Below are positions 1 to 11,626 of a stretch of DNA of 64,000 nt, piece by piece. Numbering within the stretch: position 1 is the stretch's first letter; the number at the start of each line of letters is the position of its first letter. Source of the DNA: an uncultured Actinomycetes bacterium (GTDB taxonomy: Bacteria > Actinomycetota > Thermoleophilia > UBA2241); NCBI GenBank assembly GCA_963755025.1, contig CAVWIH010000037.1, forward strand, positions 1-64,000, given 5' to 3'. The translations under genes were made by a program, and so were the position numbers. The notes under the pieces are model-generated. The model was not told the origin of the DNA. It did no database searches and saw only the letters and a list, made by a program, of their open reading frames with translations.

Positions 1-2
1 TC

Positions 3-191
3 GTGCGGGGCCGCCGTACCGCCGTCGCCCTGCAGGCACTCGCGACGGTCGCGGGCGTGTTCCTGCCGCTGGTCGCCGTGGTGGTCTATCTGGGACTCGC
101 CGTCTTCTTCTTCATCGACCCTCTCTGGATCGAGCGCGTCCGGCGCAAGGTCGGCAGCCGGAAGGCCTGGCGCCCACCCGGGCTGAGATAA
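3..191 (+). CDS. C-terminal fragment of a membrane protein (possibly TMEM175/DUF1211-like), truncated at the window edge
   Basis: Two hydrophobic segments (LATVAGVFLPLVAVVVYLGLAVFFFIDP) followed by a basic tail; converges on the ATPase stop. The family guess is weak. Confidence 0.4.
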   Translation: MRGRRTAVALQALATVAGVFLPLVAVVVYLGLAVFFFIDPLWIERVRRKVGSRKAWRPPGLR

Positions 192-214
192 GCATCGCTT
201 TCGTCGGGCGGCGC

Positions 215-2925
<2,711 letters not shown>

Positions 2926-2926
<1 letters not shown>

Positions 2927-4110
2927 CAGTGGGCCCCCTTGTCGACCGCCCCTCCGCCGGCTTCGGCGTCGTGCTCGGCGTTGCGAGACTCCCTTTCGTC
3001 TTCCTTGAGAGCATCCTGCTCGGTCTCCCGGCCCGCCTCCCGGGCCGCCTGTTCTACCTGACGGCGCGCCTTGTCCTCGGCCTTGGCGGCCTTCTTTGCG
3101 GCCTTCTTTGCCTTCGCCGCCTTCTTGCGGGCCTTTTTGCCGGCCTTTTTGCCGGCCTTCTGGGCGGCGCCGTCCACTTGCTGCGCGAACGGGTCGGGGG
3201 CCGCGCCCCGTGGCGCCTGGTCCTCGAGCTCGACCTTCGTCTGCTGCAGTGCGGCTCGTGCGTCGGGGGTCACCCTGGGATAGTGCGGGTCGATCTCGAT
3301 CAAGGCGTTGGCGATCACCGCCGAGGCGCAGATGCGCGCGAACCACTTGTGGTCGGCGGGGATCACATACCAGGGCGCCCACTCGCTGCTCGTCGCCGTC
3401 AGCATCTCGGAGAAGGCCCTCTGATAGGCGTTCCAACAGGTGCGTTCGTGGGCGTCGGCGGCGGAGAACTTCCAGTTGTGGTCGGGCAGGTCGATGCGCC
3501 GCAAGAAGCGCACGCGCTGCTCCTCTTGCGAGAGGTTCAGCAGGAGCTTGACGATCTTGAAGCCGTTGTCGCTTAAGTGGCGCTCCCAGTCGTTGATGTC
3601 GCGGTAGCGCAGCTTCCACACGTCTTTGCCGCGCGCCTCCTTGGGCAGGCGCTGGCGCTTGAGGTTCTCGGGGTGCACGCGCACCACGAGGACCTCCTCG
3701 TAGTGCGAGCGGTTGAAGATGCCGATCTCGCCGCGACCGGGCAGGCACCTGGCATAGCGCCACAGGTAGTCGTGATTGATCTCCTCGGGCGACGGCACCT
3801 TGAAGGAGTGCACCGCGACGCCCTGCGGGTTGACGCCGCTCATCACGTGGCGGATGGTGCCGTCCTTGCCGGCGGCGTCGAGGGCCTGGAGCACCACCAG
3901 GACGCCGTAGGTGTCCTGCGCGGCGAGACGAGTCTGGTACTCGGTCATGATCTCGACGCCGCGCTTCAGGAGCTCACGGCCGTCCCTCTTCTTGACGAAC
4001 TCCGCCTTGTAGCCGGGGTCGAAGTCCTTGGCCAGTCTCACTTTGGAGCCCGGTGCGACGCGCAAGGGCTCGATGAACTCCGTGATGCGCTTTGCCGTCT
4101 CGTCGGCCAT
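2926..4110 (-). CDS. ppk2: Polyphosphate kinase 2 family protein with a Lys/Ala-rich C-terminal tail
   Basis: Motifs LQALDAAGKDGTIRHV, FKVPS, HDYLWR, FNRSHYEEVLV and APWYVIPADHKW; GGAG RBS upstream. Confidence 0.95.
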
Positions 4111-4410
4111 GGAGAAGCTCCTTTCGCGTTGTCGTCCTTCGGCTCGCAGTCGAGCTCAAGATGGCCCGTACGCCGGGACCTCTCTTACCTGGTTCCTCCG
4201 GTGGCGCTCGCGCTCCGGGAGCAGGAAGGAGCGGTGACGGTGACCAGGGAGGTGGGACCCGCAAGGGGTTCGGAGATCCGTCCCTTACCGGACGATCAGT
4301 CCTTTCTTGCCGCCCCCGAACCGCATAGTCCGTGGTCGAGCAAAGTCTTGCCGAGCCGCCATCCCAATACACCTGTTGAGCTCTTGGCTGCACACGTCCT
4401 GCTTCATCCC

Positions 4411-4439
4411 TTGACACCGACTTCGCTGAGGTATATGCC
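4411..4439 (+). promoter_or_regulatory. Candidate sigma70-type promoter upstream of the APC permease
   Basis: TTGACA at 4411-4416 followed by GGTATATGCC at about 4430-4439; -10 spacing is imperfect. Confidence 0.35.
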
Positions 4440-4713
4440 GCTCGCATGGAGGGGGGTGAGGCTGTTTGACCATGCGGTCGTGCTTCAGTCTCGGCGCGGG
4501 CGATCGCCCGATCGGCGCGTCGGCCGTACCAACGGCGATGACTCGTTCTCTCGAAGACGACCGCTGTTGAGCATGCCACGCTTCGGCGTCCCCATGCTTC
4601 CGTCGGGAAGAGGGGGCGACCCGAGCAGGCAGCTCGCATCGCTAGCAGTGGTTGTCGGCTGCCCTTCGCAGACCGTCGGGCCGCCGGCGCCAGGGGACAT
4701 AAGGGGGGCGATA

Positions 4714-6363
4714 GTGTCTGACGAACTGGCGTATGCACGCAAAGCGAGCGGCCTGGTGCGCGGTCTCTCCATGATGGACGCGTTCGCGGTCGGCTTTATG
4801 AACCAGGGACTGACGCCCAGCATCTGGGTGATCGTCAGTCTTGGCCTCGGGGTCTTCCTCGGCGGCAACCTCATCTACGCCTGCATCATCTCGGCCGTGC
4901 TGGCCGGCATCGGCTTTCCGCTGGTCTGGGGCATCCTCGGCGGTTCGATGCCGCGGTCCGGCGGTGAATACGTCTACAACTCGCGCATCATCCACCCGGT
5001 CTACGGTATTGCGCAGAGCTTCGGCGACGCCGCCATCTGGCTGATGTGGCTCTACGTGCTGGCGCCACTGGCCGTCGACCCGGGTCTGACGATGACGTTC
5101 AACTACCTGGGCTGGACGGGCGGAGCGAACTGGCTGACGAGCGCCACGTGGCACACCTTCGTCGTCGCCACGATCTTCAACATCGTCGGCTTTCTGTTCG
5201 TGGTCTTCGGCATCAAGATCTTCGCCCGCGTGCAGAAGATCGTCATGTTCTTCGGCATCGGCGGTTGTGCGCTGATCGGCGTCGTGCTCACCATCACGTC
5301 GCGGTCCGCGTTCACGAACAAGTGGAACGCGGCGGCGGCGGCCAGCACTCCCCGCGGGCCCAGCTACCACGCCTTCATCGCCCAGGTCAGTGCGCAGGCC
5401 GGGCAGGTCATGCCCACGCACACCAACTGGACCGCGACCTTCGGCACGATGGTCGCCATGTCGTGGCTGTTCGCCTACGCCTACTCGATCGCCTTCATCG
5501 CCGGCGAGGTCAAGCGCCCCGACAAGTCGATCATCTGGGCCAACACGTTCGCCATCCTCGTGCCGTTCGTGTTCATGATGTGGATCGGCCTCATGCTCTA
5601 CAAGACGGTCGGCTTTCAGTTCCTGAACGCGACCGCCTGGAACGACAACTGGTACTCGACCACCGGCGGCGTGCTGCACTCCATGACCGGCATGCCGCAC
5701 GGTACGAACTTCATCGACATAGCGGTCTACTGCCTCGGCTCGTCGGCGGTCTGGGCACGGATCCTCGCGGCGATCATGGGCTTCTCGTATGTGGCCTTCA
5801 CCGTGTGGTGGCTGGCCCTGTCGTATCTGGCCTTCCCGCGCATCCTGTTCGCCTGGGGCATGGACCGCATGGGCCCGAAGTGGTTCACCGACATCAACCC
5901 GCGCTACGCGAGCCCGGTCAAGAACCACATCCTCTGCCTCGTCCTGGGCGAGGCTCTGCTCGTGCTCTACTTCACGCTCCTGCAGAACACCATGCAGAAC
6001 ATCGTGCTCACCGGCATGCAGGTGACGTCGGTGTTCATCCCCACGGCGATCGCCGCCATCTACTTCCCGTACTCCAAGCGGGCCAAGGGCGTCTGGGACT
6101 CGTCGCCCTACAAGAAGTGGATGTTCCTCGGCCTGCCGGTGATCGTCTGGGGCGCCGGAGTAGACCTCGTCTATCTCGGCATCCTGCTCTACTACTTCGT
6201 CTTCAACTCGGCGGCCAAGCAGTTCACCGGTCCCTCCGTCATCCTCTTCGTCGGAGTGTGGGTCGCGGGCATCGTCTGGTACTTCGCCTGGAGTGCCTAC
6301 AACAAGGCGAAGTCCGGCATGGACATCTCGGCCGTCACCTACGGCGAGCTGCCTCCGGAGTAA
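4714..6363 (+). CDS. APC-family amino acid/amine permease
   Basis: GTG 4714 after AAGGGGGG; N-terminal ARKASGLVR, MPRSGGEYVY and IAGEVK motifs; about 12-14 TM segments; C-terminal ELPPE. Confidence 0.9.
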   Translation: MSDELAYARKASGLVRGLSMMDAFAVGFMNQGLTPSIWVIVSLGLGVFLGGNLIYACIISAVLAGIGFPLVWGILGGSMPRSGGEYVYNSRIIHPVYGIAQSFGDAAIWLMWLYVLAPLAVDPGLTMTFNYLGWTGGANWLTSATWHTFVVATIFNIVGFLFVVFGIKIFARVQKIVMFFGIGGCALIGVVLTITSRSAFTNKWNAAAAASTPRGPSYHAFIAQVSAQAGQVMPTHTNWTATFGTMVAMSWLFAYAYSIAFIAGEVKRPDKSIIWANTFAILVPFVFMMWIGLMLYKTVGFQFLNATAWNDNWYSTTGGVLHSMTGMPHGTNFIDIAVYCLGSSAVWARILAAIMGFSYVAFTVWWLALSYLAFPRILFAWGMDRMGPKWFTDINPRYASPVKNHILCLVLGEALLVLYFTLLQNTMQNIVLTGMQVTSVFIPTAIAAIYFPYSKRAKGVWDSSPYKKWMFLGLPVIVWGAGVDLVYLGILLYYFVFNSAAKQFTGPSVILFVGVWVAGIVWYFAWSAYNKAKSGMDISAVTYGELPPE

Positions 6364-6377
6364 CTCGTTCGCCCCGC

Positions 6378-6407
6378 GGGGGCTGGAGAGGGAGAGCTCC
6401 AGCCCCC
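6378..6407 (+). terminator. Hairpin after the permease
   Basis: GGGGGCTGGAG ... CTCCAGCCCCC inverted repeat just after the stop codon. Confidence 0.55.
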
Positions 6408-6538
6408 GTTCCGTAGGCAGGCGTCCGGTCGCGGCCCGTTGCACCTTCTGTCGCGTCTTCTCCGAAGATGACCAAACGCCTTCGGTCGCAGCTCCGACCG
6501 GATATACTGCCGCCGACGACTAGCAAGGGGGGTGGCGT

Positions 6539-8020
6539 ATGTCTATCGCCAGAGTGTCCGCAGGTCGTTCGTCGGGGTCGAGCCGCAAGGCCTCGCCCGG
6601 TCCTCGGCAGTCTCCCAGGAGGCATCGGCGCGGCGCGCCGCCCAAAGGAGCCGCCGCCGGGCTCATCCTCGTCGTCGTCGTGGCCCTCGTGGCTGCGGCC
6701 GCGGCTTCGCCGGCACTGGCCCGAACGGGCCCCGACGCTCGCGCCGCGAGCGTTCCCAACGCGCACGCGGTGACCGTCCCCAGCACCCACGTCGCGACCG
6801 TCCCCAGCACCCACGCCGCCGCCACGACCTACAGCATCGGCGGGTCCGTGCTCGGTTACTCCGGAGCGCCGGTCGCCGGAGCGGGCGTCTATTGGGGCTG
6901 GTTCAACGCGGCGTCGTTCCGTTCGACCTGGCAGCAGGGCGGCGCCCAGACCACCGGCAGCGCCGGCGCCTTCTCGTTCGCGGCAGTCACGGCGCACCCC
7001 GGCAACGACGCCCTGTTCGCCTACTACAACCCGGTCTCCACCGGGCTGTGGCTGCTGGAGTCCTGGAACCTCGACTTCTCGACGCAGAGCAGTTTCACGT
7101 TCCAGCCGGGCCACGTGGCCGTCACCATCAGCCACGCCCCCAAGGGCTCGAAGGTCGCCGACGCCGAAGTGGGCGGCGCCGCCGGCATAGCCGAGAGCAG
7201 GCTGGCGCTCAGTGCGGGAGCCGGCGCCGCGGGCGCGCTGCCGCCCGGTTTCAACGACGTGGTCGCGTGGTTCGGCCCGCAGGCCGGCCGTTACCGGAAC
7301 CAGCTCTCGACAGGCACGCGCCTGGCCGAGGCTGAGTGGCTGAGCCCCGCCGACGCCCAGGTCGCCGTGAGCTCGGGAGCGCCGGCCGCGCAGAGCGTCG
7401 CCCTCGACTGGAGCCAGGCGCTGCGCGCGCACCTGTACGGCCCCGTCTGCCGGCACTCCGGCCGGCCGGGCAGCGTCGCCAGGATCGTCGCGCAGGGGTG
7501 GCCCGCCGGTTCGCAGGCCTCGTTCTACGGCTATTCGCTGTCGGGCTCGGGCGATGTCGCGCAGCCCTATGCCGACCAGGTCGATTCGACTAGCCCCGCG
7601 ACCGCCTACACCGTGCCCCTCACGATCCCCACGACGGCTACGGTGGGCGAGATCTACCTGATCGACACCTGGCGTTCCGACGACACCGCGAGTCTCGTCA
7701 ACCTTTACGACTACTTCCAGGTCTGCACCTTCAAGGCCACCGCCGCCTCGGTCGCGCGCGGCGGGACCGTGCGCCTCTCCGGCCACGTGCCGGGCTCGGG
7801 GTACGTCGAGGTGTTCCTGTGCCACGGCGCCGCCGGGCAGCCGGCGACGCTCAAGGCGAAGGGCTGGACCGCCGTGGGGCGCTACCCCCTCAAGTCGGGC
7901 AAGTTCGCGACGCCGGCGATCCACCTGAGCCGCTCCACCTGGTTCGTGGCGCGCTACCCCGGCCAGAAGGGCGAGTACTTCTCGGCCTTCACCAGCGTCG
8001 TCAAGGTGGCCGTGCGCTGA
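6539..8020 (+). CDS. Secreted/surface protein of unknown function (beta-rich, Ig-like modules)
   Basis: Basic N-terminus plus hydrophobic signal (LILVVVVALVAAAAASPALA); T/V-rich beta-strand composition; short (T)VPSTH repeat; coding-like GC3. Confidence 0.75.
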   Translation: MSIARVSAGRSSGSSRKASPGPRQSPRRHRRGAPPKGAAAGLILVVVVALVAAAAASPALARTGPDARAASVPNAHAVTVPSTHVATVPSTHAAATTYSIGGSVLGYSGAPVAGAGVYWGWFNAASFRSTWQQGGAQTTGSAGAFSFAAVTAHPGNDALFAYYNPVSTGLWLLESWNLDFSTQSSFTFQPGHVAVTISHAPKGSKVADAEVGGAAGIAESRLALSAGAGAAGALPPGFNDVVAWFGPQAGRYRNQLSTGTRLAEAEWLSPADAQVAVSSGAPAAQSVALDWSQALRAHLYGPVCRHSGRPGSVARIVAQGWPAGSQASFYGYSLSGSGDVAQPYADQVDSTSPATAYTVPLTIPTTATVGEIYLIDTWRSDDTASLVNLYDYFQVCTFKATAASVARGGTVRLSGHVPGSGYVEVFLCHGAAGQPATLKAKGWTAVGRYPLKSGKFATPAIHLSRSTWFVARYPGQKGEYFSAFTSVVKVAVR

Positions 8021-8210
8021 GCCATGCTGCCCAGGGCGCCCGGCCGGCGCACGGCAGCGCCGGCCGGACGCCGGCGCGCCCTTGTGCCCCTCAGGTGCGG
8101 CGCTCGGACTGACGATACGTGACGAAGTACTAGTGACTAGTGACGAGGTCGCACCCTCCACACGACCGCGGCCTCGCCTTGTTGCGTCCAACGGTTCGAG
8201 GAGCCCGCCC

Positions 8211-10160
8211 ATGTCTCAGCGCAGTCGTCGTGCGATCGTCCTTGTCGGAGTGGCTGCGGCGTGTGCCGCGCTCATCGCCGCGGCGGTCGCCGCGCCGACC
8301 GCGAGGGCCGCGAGGTCTGCGCCCGCGCTGCCCGCCGTCGGTGGGCTCGTCTCGCCGACTCACCCCTTGAGCGACCACTGGTACTCGAACGCGACGCCCG
8401 CGTTTGCCTGGCCGGACGCCCTCAGTAAGCCGGGCTACGCTTTCGCCATCGACCAGCTCGCGAGCGGCGACCCCGGCGTCACGGCGGGCACGCCCTCGGT
8501 CACCACGGATCCGGCCACGACATTCGACCCTGAAGTCGCCTTTACCATCGGTGCCGAACCCGCCGGCTTCGGCCAGTCGCTGGCCGCGGGTGACCTGAAC
8601 CGCGACGGGGTGAGCGACCTCGTGGTCGCCGACCTGAACAACGACGGCCGGCTCGACGCGGTCGTGGGTGAGGACGGGCAGGTCAGCACGCTGCTGGGCA
8701 ACGGTGACGGCACCTGGCAGGCGCCGCAAGACACGAGCGTGGGTGGCAACCCCGTGACCGGACTTGCGGTAGCCGACTTCAACGGCGACGGCCACGCCGA
8801 CGTCGCCGCCTCGTCGTTCGACGGCGCGTTCTTCATGGCCGGCGACGGCGCCGGAGGCCTCGCCGACCCGGTCACCTTGGGCGGGGGCTACGACCCGTCC
8901 GTTGTGACCGCCGACTTCAATCGCGACGGACGCGCCGACCTGGCGCTCGTCGACATGGACGACTCCGGCTTTGTCGGCGTGCTGACCGCGGCCTCGCCGA
9001 CCGTCAACGTGAGCGAAGGCCCGCTGGCCGACGGGACCTGGTACTTCCACGTGCGCGCCGTCGACGGCGCCGGCAACGGCGGCAAGATAACGACCCTGCC
9101 GGTCAACATCGACACGGTGGCGCCGATCAGCACGCTGAGCGGCCTCGACGACGCCTGGCACGGTGTCGGCGACATTCCCGTCACCATCGACGCCTCGGAC
9201 CCCGGCTACCCCGCTGCGGCAGGCGTAACCGAGATCCAGCTGCAGGCCCTGTGGGGCGGCGAGCTCGCCATTCCGTGGGATGCCGAAGGCGGTCCCGCTC
9301 CGGTCGACGGGGCGATCCACTTCGACGGCGACTGGGGAGGTCTTCCCGACGGCGTCTGGACGCTGCAGATGCGGGCGGTCGACGGCGCCGGCAACGTCGA
9401 AACGGCCCACGACTACACGATCAAGCAGGACACGACCGCGCCGACCGTCGCCCTGACCGGCGTGCGCGACGGCGCCACCTACACGAGCGCTCAGACGGCC
9501 GTCCTCACGGCCACCGACCCCGTGCCGACGCTCGACCTCGGCGCCTCGCGCGGGCAGACCGGGTCGTTCGCGCACAGGCTGTCCGCCGTGCGCGTGCGCG
9601 AAGTGGCGGGCGGCGCGGCAAGGGGCGGCGACGGCGCGGCAAGGAGCGGCGATGACGCGGCCATGAACTCCGGCGTCGCCTCGGTGTCGTGGCGTGCCGG
9701 AGACAGCGGCGCGTTCACCACCGTCGCAGGCGACACCGTGAGCATCCCGATCGCGACGCGCCTCGCCAAGCAGACCTTCGAGTACTACTCGACCGACGCC
9801 GTCGGCAACACCTCGGCGACGGCCAGCTTCGCGGTGACGGCGATGCCCGCCGCGCCGCGTGTCCTGGCCCTGAACGCGGCGCACGTCGTGCGCGGCGGTA
9901 CGGTGCGCCTGCGCTACAGCATGAGCGACACCGCCGTGGCCAAGCTCTCGTGCCGGCTCTTCGTGACGCGGTACGGCAAGAGCAGGCTCGCCGTGGCGCT
10001 CGGAGACCAGCCGGTCGGCACAACGCTGGCCGCAGCCGCGCGGGTCACGCTGCCGGTGGGGTACTACACGTGGCGCGTGCGCGCCCACGAGGCCGGCGGG
10101 CGCACGGCCTGGAGCAACGGCCGCACGCTGCTCGTCTACCCGCACAACCTGGCCGCGTAG
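8211..10160 (+). CDS. Secreted FG-GAP/VCBS-repeat and Ig/FN3-like domain protein
   Basis: ATG 8211 after GAGGAG; signal peptide; repeats AGDLNRDGVSDL, ADFNGDGHADV and ADFNRDGRADL; RAVDGAGN and DTTAPT Ig-like motifs. Confidence 0.85.
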   Translation: MSQRSRRAIVLVGVAAACAALIAAAVAAPTARAARSAPALPAVGGLVSPTHPLSDHWYSNATPAFAWPDALSKPGYAFAIDQLASGDPGVTAGTPSVTTDPATTFDPEVAFTIGAEPAGFGQSLAAGDLNRDGVSDLVVADLNNDGRLDAVVGEDGQVSTLLGNGDGTWQAPQDTSVGGNPVTGLAVADFNGDGHADVAASSFDGAFFMAGDGAGGLADPVTLGGGYDPSVVTADFNRDGRADLALVDMDDSGFVGVLTAASPTVNVSEGPLADGTWYFHVRAVDGAGNGGKITTLPVNIDTVAPISTLSGLDDAWHGVGDIPVTIDASDPGYPAAAGVTEIQLQALWGGELAIPWDAEGGPAPVDGAIHFDGDWGGLPDGVWTLQMRAVDGAGNVETAHDYTIKQDTTAPTVALTGVRDGATYTSAQTAVLTATDPVPTLDLGASRGQTGSFAHRLSAVRVREVAGGAARGGDGAARSGDDAAMNSGVASVSWRAGDSGAFTTVAGDTVSIPIATRLAKQTFEYYSTDAVGNTSATASFAVTAMPAAPRVLALNAAHVVRGGTVRLRYSMSDTAVAKLSCRLFVTRYGKSRLAVALGDQPVGTTLAAAARVTLPVGYYTWRVRAHEAGGRTAWSNGRTLLVYPHNLAA

Positions 10161-10167
10161 CCAAAAT

Positions 10168-10203
10168 GCGCGGGCGGGGCGGCCAAGGCCGCCCCGCCCG
10201 CGC
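10168..10203 (+). terminator. Perfect GC-rich hairpin
   Basis: GCGCGGGCGGGGCGGCC-AA-GGCCGCCCCGCCCGCGC immediately after the stop at 10160. Confidence 0.7.
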
Positions 10204-10247
10204 TGGAGCCGCCGCCGCGCGGCCGCACCGCCCGCGCGCGTGGCCGC

Positions 10248-10324
10248 CGCCGGGGCCACCACGGTCGTCGTGCGAGCGGCTGTCGCCGGGGCCACCACGG
10301 GTCGTCGTGCGAGCGGCTGTCGCC
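10248..10324. repeat. Tandem duplication, 36/37 bp x2
   Basis: CGCCGGGGCCACCACGG(G)TCGTCGTGCGAGCGGCTGT repeated head to tail. Confidence 0.85.
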
Positions 10325-10462
10325 CAGGGCCGCCGCAACGGCACAATAGTCTCCCGAGCGGCTGACAGAGCGAACAATGCGCCGGGGACTGTAGCGGCAG
10401 GCGATCTTCGTTTAGAATAGCCCGGTCGATCGTCACCCCTTGCAGTCGAGCCGGAGCTACGC

Positions 10463-11590
10463 ATGAAGATCGCCGCCATCAGAACGACTCCCCTGGCGCT
10501 CGCCTACCGCGAGCCCTACCACTGGGCAGGCCGCGTCGACTACGCCGCCGCCGTCGTGCTCGTCGAGGTCGAGACCGACGACGGCCTCGTCGGTGTCGGC
10601 GAGTCCGTGTCGGCGTTTCCCGCCGAGGGCACCGTCGCCGCGCTGCAGGGCGTGGCGCCGCTGTTCGTCGGCCAGCCCGCTCACGATATCGAACGGCTGA
10701 TCACGGCGGCCCGCCACCTGGGCAGCTTCAACCACACGCCGTGGGCCGCCAACTTCGTGCTCGCCGGCCTCGAGATGGCCCTCTGGGACGTGCTCGGCAA
10801 GGCCGCCGGCTGGCCGGTGCACCGCCTGCTGGGGGGCGCCGTGCGCGACAGCGTCGACTACTTCGGCTTCGTGCAGGGCGACACCACCGACGAGCTCGCC
10901 GAAGACGCCCGCGACCTGGCGGCGGCCGGCTACGGGGTGATCTACCTCAAGGTGGGGCGCGGCGAAGCGGCCGACCTGGCCAACACCGCCGCCGTGCGCG
11001 ACGTCATCGGTGACCGCCGCCTGCGGCTCGACCCCAACTGCGCCTGGAGCGTGGGCGAGGCCATCCACATGATTAGCCGCCTCGCCGAGTTCGAGCCCGA
11101 GTGGATCGAACAGCCCACGCCGCTCATGAGCATCGCCGCGATGCGCCAGGTCAAAGAGACGGTGGGCGTGCCCATCGCCGCCGACCAGTCGGTCTTCACC
11201 CCGGCCGACGTCTACGAGATCTGCCGGCAGCGCGCGGCCGACGTCATCGTCCTCTCGCCCCACGAGGCCGGCGGCTTCATCAACTTCGGCAAGGCCGCCG
11301 CCATCGCCGAGGCGGCGGGCGTGTCGGTCTGCCTGCACGGCCAGGGCGTGTCGGGCGTGACCGACGCGGCCCAGCACCAGCTCGGCCTGCGCACCGCCAA
11401 CTTGACCGACGGCAACCAGATCATGCACCAGCTCCTGGTCGAAGACCTCGTCACCGCGCCCGACCTCACTCCGGTCCAGGGCAAGCTCGGGCTGGTCGAG
11501 GCGCCGGGCCTGGGCATCGAGCTCGATCGCGACGCCGTCGAACGGGCTGCCGAACTGTACCGGCGCGACGAGCGCTACCATCATTCCTAG
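10463..11590 (+). CDS. Mandelate racemase/muconate-lactonizing enzyme (enolase) superfamily protein
   Basis: Capping domain VEVETDDGLVGVGE and GLEMALWD; barrel motifs YLKVG, RLDPN, WIEQP and IAADQS; C-terminal PGLGIELD. Confidence 0.92.
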   Translation: MKIAAIRTTPLALAYREPYHWAGRVDYAAAVVLVEVETDDGLVGVGESVSAFPAEGTVAALQGVAPLFVGQPAHDIERLITAARHLGSFNHTPWAANFVLAGLEMALWDVLGKAAGWPVHRLLGGAVRDSVDYFGFVQGDTTDELAEDARDLAAAGYGVIYLKVGRGEAADLANTAAVRDVIGDRRLRLDPNCAWSVGEAIHMISRLAEFEPEWIEQPTPLMSIAAMRQVKETVGVPIAADQSVFTPADVYEICRQRAADVIVLSPHEAGGFINFGKAAAIAEAAGVSVCLHGQGVSGVTDAAQHQLGLRTANLTDGNQIMHQLLVEDLVTAPDLTPVQGKLGLVEAPGLGIELDRDAVERAAELYRRDERYHHS

Positions 11591-11626
11591 AGTCGTACGC
11601 GCACCGCAAGTCAGGAGAGTAGACCG

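Noticed and set aside
2927-3763. 279-aa N-terminal extension of the P-type ATPase ORF
   Set aside because: It overlaps ppk2 in another frame with Arg/Ala/Gly shadow composition; the real start is the coupled ATG at 2926.
3577-4713. Long upstream extension of the APC permease ORF
   Set aside because: It is antisense to ppk2 and then intergenic, with no domain signal; the RBS and family N-terminus lie at 4714.
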